A stretch of 64,000 nucleotides of DNA from an uncultured bacterium (GTDB lineage Bacteria > Actinomycetota > Geothermincolia > Geothermincolales > Geothermincolaceae). Of the stretch, positions 62,947-64,000 are shown piece by piece. A program made the translations under genes and the position numbers. The notes under the pieces were generated by a model, which saw nothing but the letters and a program-made list of their open reading frames with translations, ran no database searches and was not told where the DNA came from. How positions within the stretch are numbered: the first letter of the stretch is position 1; the number at the start of each line of letters is the position of its first letter. Location of the stretch: contig CAWFDJ010000027.1 of NCBI GenBank assembly GCA_963814495.1, positions 32,691 through 96,690 on the forward strand, given 5' to 3'.

Positions 62947-63982
62947 TTATTCATCTACTACCTTGTAGATCGTCAGGGTCTGCAGGTTTCTGATCCTCTC
63001 ATCCACGGACGGCTCCAGGTTATCTGACATAACCATTCCGGCCTTCGTCTCTTTGCTCTTAACGGAGACGAATAGAAGGTTGTCCAATATCTCCAACTCG
63101 TTATGCTTCATCATCCCGCGGACTTTTCCGATGGCACCGGTTAAGGCCTGGGTTCATCGTCCACTGCATTGCGAGGGCATCGGCGAGATACTCCCTGCTC
63201 TTGCCGTGAATAGATGTTAGCAGCTCTCCCGAGAGTGCAATTATCGCGAAGAAAATGACCCCGAGCACCAACGTACCGAATCCCAGGTTGACCGAGGGAA
63301 ACTCGTTCTGAATTGCTGAGGAGCATGGCACGACAGCGATCAAGGGCAAGAAAATAATTATAACCATGAACATATGTAATAGATACCTGGGTTTCTCGGG
63401 ATGTATCGCCTTATAATTGTTCATTAACTCGAACGGGGCTACTAAAGTGCTATTGCCTGCATCGCCGGTATAGATGTGCGCAGCTTCGTGGGACATCACT
63501 GCTCTCAGTTCATCCACGTTCAATTCGTCCCAAAGGGCTCGGTTGAGTACGATAACGCCTCTACCGTATCGCTTGAACGAAAAAGCATTGGGGACGAGTT
63601 TCTCCTCGTTGATGAAGAGCAGTTCTACTGGCTTGATCCCGAATGCCAGGGAGATCTCTTCAGCCACCTCCCTGATCCTGGCTAGATCTTCCTTCTCGCC
63701 TTCGAACTCATGGGTGAGTCCCAGCGCTTTAAATATCAACTTCATACTGGCGAATAACGCCAGGAGGTATAAGGCCAATACTGCAGTATCGAATAAAACC
63801 GCGCTCAAGATCGCCTGCCATGAAAGGCTCGTCATCAACAGGATCACATTGAGGAAGGCGACATATGCAATGATGAGAGCGAGGGACGCAACCCTTGCCA
63901 GATAGGTCTCTTTGCGGTAACGGTTTACCCGTGTATGGAAGTCCTTGCTGCCGATATCCCTGATGTCCACCAATGCCTCCAT
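62947..63982 (-). CDS. M48 (HtpX-like) membrane zinc protease, AT-richer (frameshift ~63140)
   Basis: PNAFS, ELRAVMSHEAAH (HExxH), SREYLADA. The shifted frame continues ..PSVDERI to the TAA at 62947. Confidence 0.8.
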
Positions 63983-64000
63983 ATTCTTAATAGCCTACTT

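Noticed and set aside
1-64000. CRISPR array
   Set aside because: No regularly spaced repeats with unique spacers. The repeats found are coding repeats or isolated palindromes.

Overview
GC-rich bacterial chromosomal window from a probable anaerobic actinobacterium. The repeated FAEG(Y/T)T..GF.E(Y/W)L...NP / AERPMYF surface module suggests Ca. Geothermincolia, but this is an inference from the repeat family and is unverified. About 25-30 otherwise intact genes, including thiC, thiE, thiL and thiM, are split by single-base indels. I treat these as long-read consensus errors and report the reconstructed genes. Contents: three large secreted enzymes sharing one C-terminal repeat module; a TetR-FGGY kinase-RuBisCO-like protein (form IV) operon with a clear promoter and operator and a divergent SCP2 gene; rpmB; a Ser/Thr kinase; a gene-remnant zone before tRNA-Thr; rlmB-yacP; a TPP-riboswitch operon thiE-thiC-MFS-thiL-thiD plus thiM; tRNA-Arg; fprA-rubredoxin; tldD-pmbA flanked by two toxin-antitoxin loci; a lexA-small ORF-dinB cassette with an SOS box; and a long lipid-metabolism block (acyl-CoA ligase-like, PFK, PlsC, 3-hydroxyacyl-CoA dehydrogenase, two CrtI-like oxidoreductases, alkyl-DHAP-synthase-like oxidase, a second FGGY kinase and a second SCP2). 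The best candidates for an undescribed system are the RLP-FGGY-TetR-SCP2 locus and its architectural twin, ADPS-like-FGGY-SCP2. No CRISPR array, rRNA, transposase or integrase was seen. All family assignments come from motif recognition by eye; no database searches were run.
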